A stretch of DNA of 64,000 bases from the human T2T-CHM13v2.0 reference genome, Homo sapiens: the NCBI RefSeq assembly GCF_009914755.1, contig NC_060933.1; one strand, given 5' to 3'. Under the pieces are notes generated by a model, which was not told the DNA's origin, searched no databases, and saw only the letters and a program-made list of their open reading frames with translations. Positions 63,452-64,000 of the stretch are shown piece by piece (position 1 is the first letter of the stretch; the number at the start of each line of letters is the position of its first letter). Made by a program: the position numbers and the translations under genes.

Positions 63452-64000
63452 TGCAAATGGATATGGATATGGATACGGAGTTCCTTTTTGGGATGATTTA
63501 AGTGTTCTAGAGTTAGATAGTGGTGATGGTTGCATAACTTTGTGAGTGTACAAAAAAAACCCACTCAATTGTTTACTTTAAAGCGGTGATTTTTATGGTG
63601 TGTGATTTAATATATTTCTAAAATTTAAGAATTAAAAATAGAATCTATGATTTAAAGACTTCCCACAAATTCCCAGCTTTCATGACTTCCCCACTGAATT
63701 CTTCCAAAGTATTAAGAATAACACTACTTTACATAAACTGTTCCACAGAATTAATATTATAATTCATAGTCACTAGCTAATTGAAATGCACTACTCAGCA
63801 CCAAAGGCAAATACTTTTATCTGTTATGTAAGGACAAGTTTATACCAACAATTCTGAATTAACTGATGAAGCAGAACCAAAACAAACCATTTAGAAATTC
63901 TGCGTCTGTCTCTCCTACTATTACTTCCATCCTACTTGGTACCATCACACTGGCTGATAAAAGGCCTAATATGGGATTATTTCTCTTCTTTCTTTAATTA

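Overview
Human genomic DNA, recognised from the encoded proteins as chr9q21.32. The window holds the first two coding exons and CpG-island promoter of C9orf64/QNG1 (minus strand) and the complete HNRNPK gene (minus, 17 exons reconstructed from GT-AG junctions, two alternative terminal acceptors giving 464/463 aa) with MIR7-1 in its last intron. A shared CpG-island promoter leads into RMI1 (plus; 625-aa CDS in one exon). Flanks and the RMI1 intron are saturated with Alu, L1, MIR/L2, a MaLR LTR and DNA transposons (Hsmar1, MER1B, MER2, MER20, MER44). The best unexplained signal lies around HNRNPK exon 6: a ~267-nt AG-free zone, 12 GCCCA (hnRNP K-type) motifs and a strong extra acceptor leading straight into a stop codon, together suggesting a splicing/NMD autoregulatory module. 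Also found: an unidentified mRNA retrocopy nested in an MST LTR, a tailless 5S rRNA fragment in the RMI1 3'UTR, a Y3 RNA retropseudogene, and an Hsmar1 copy with deletions in both HTH regions. Repeat boundaries and subfamily names are by-eye estimates.
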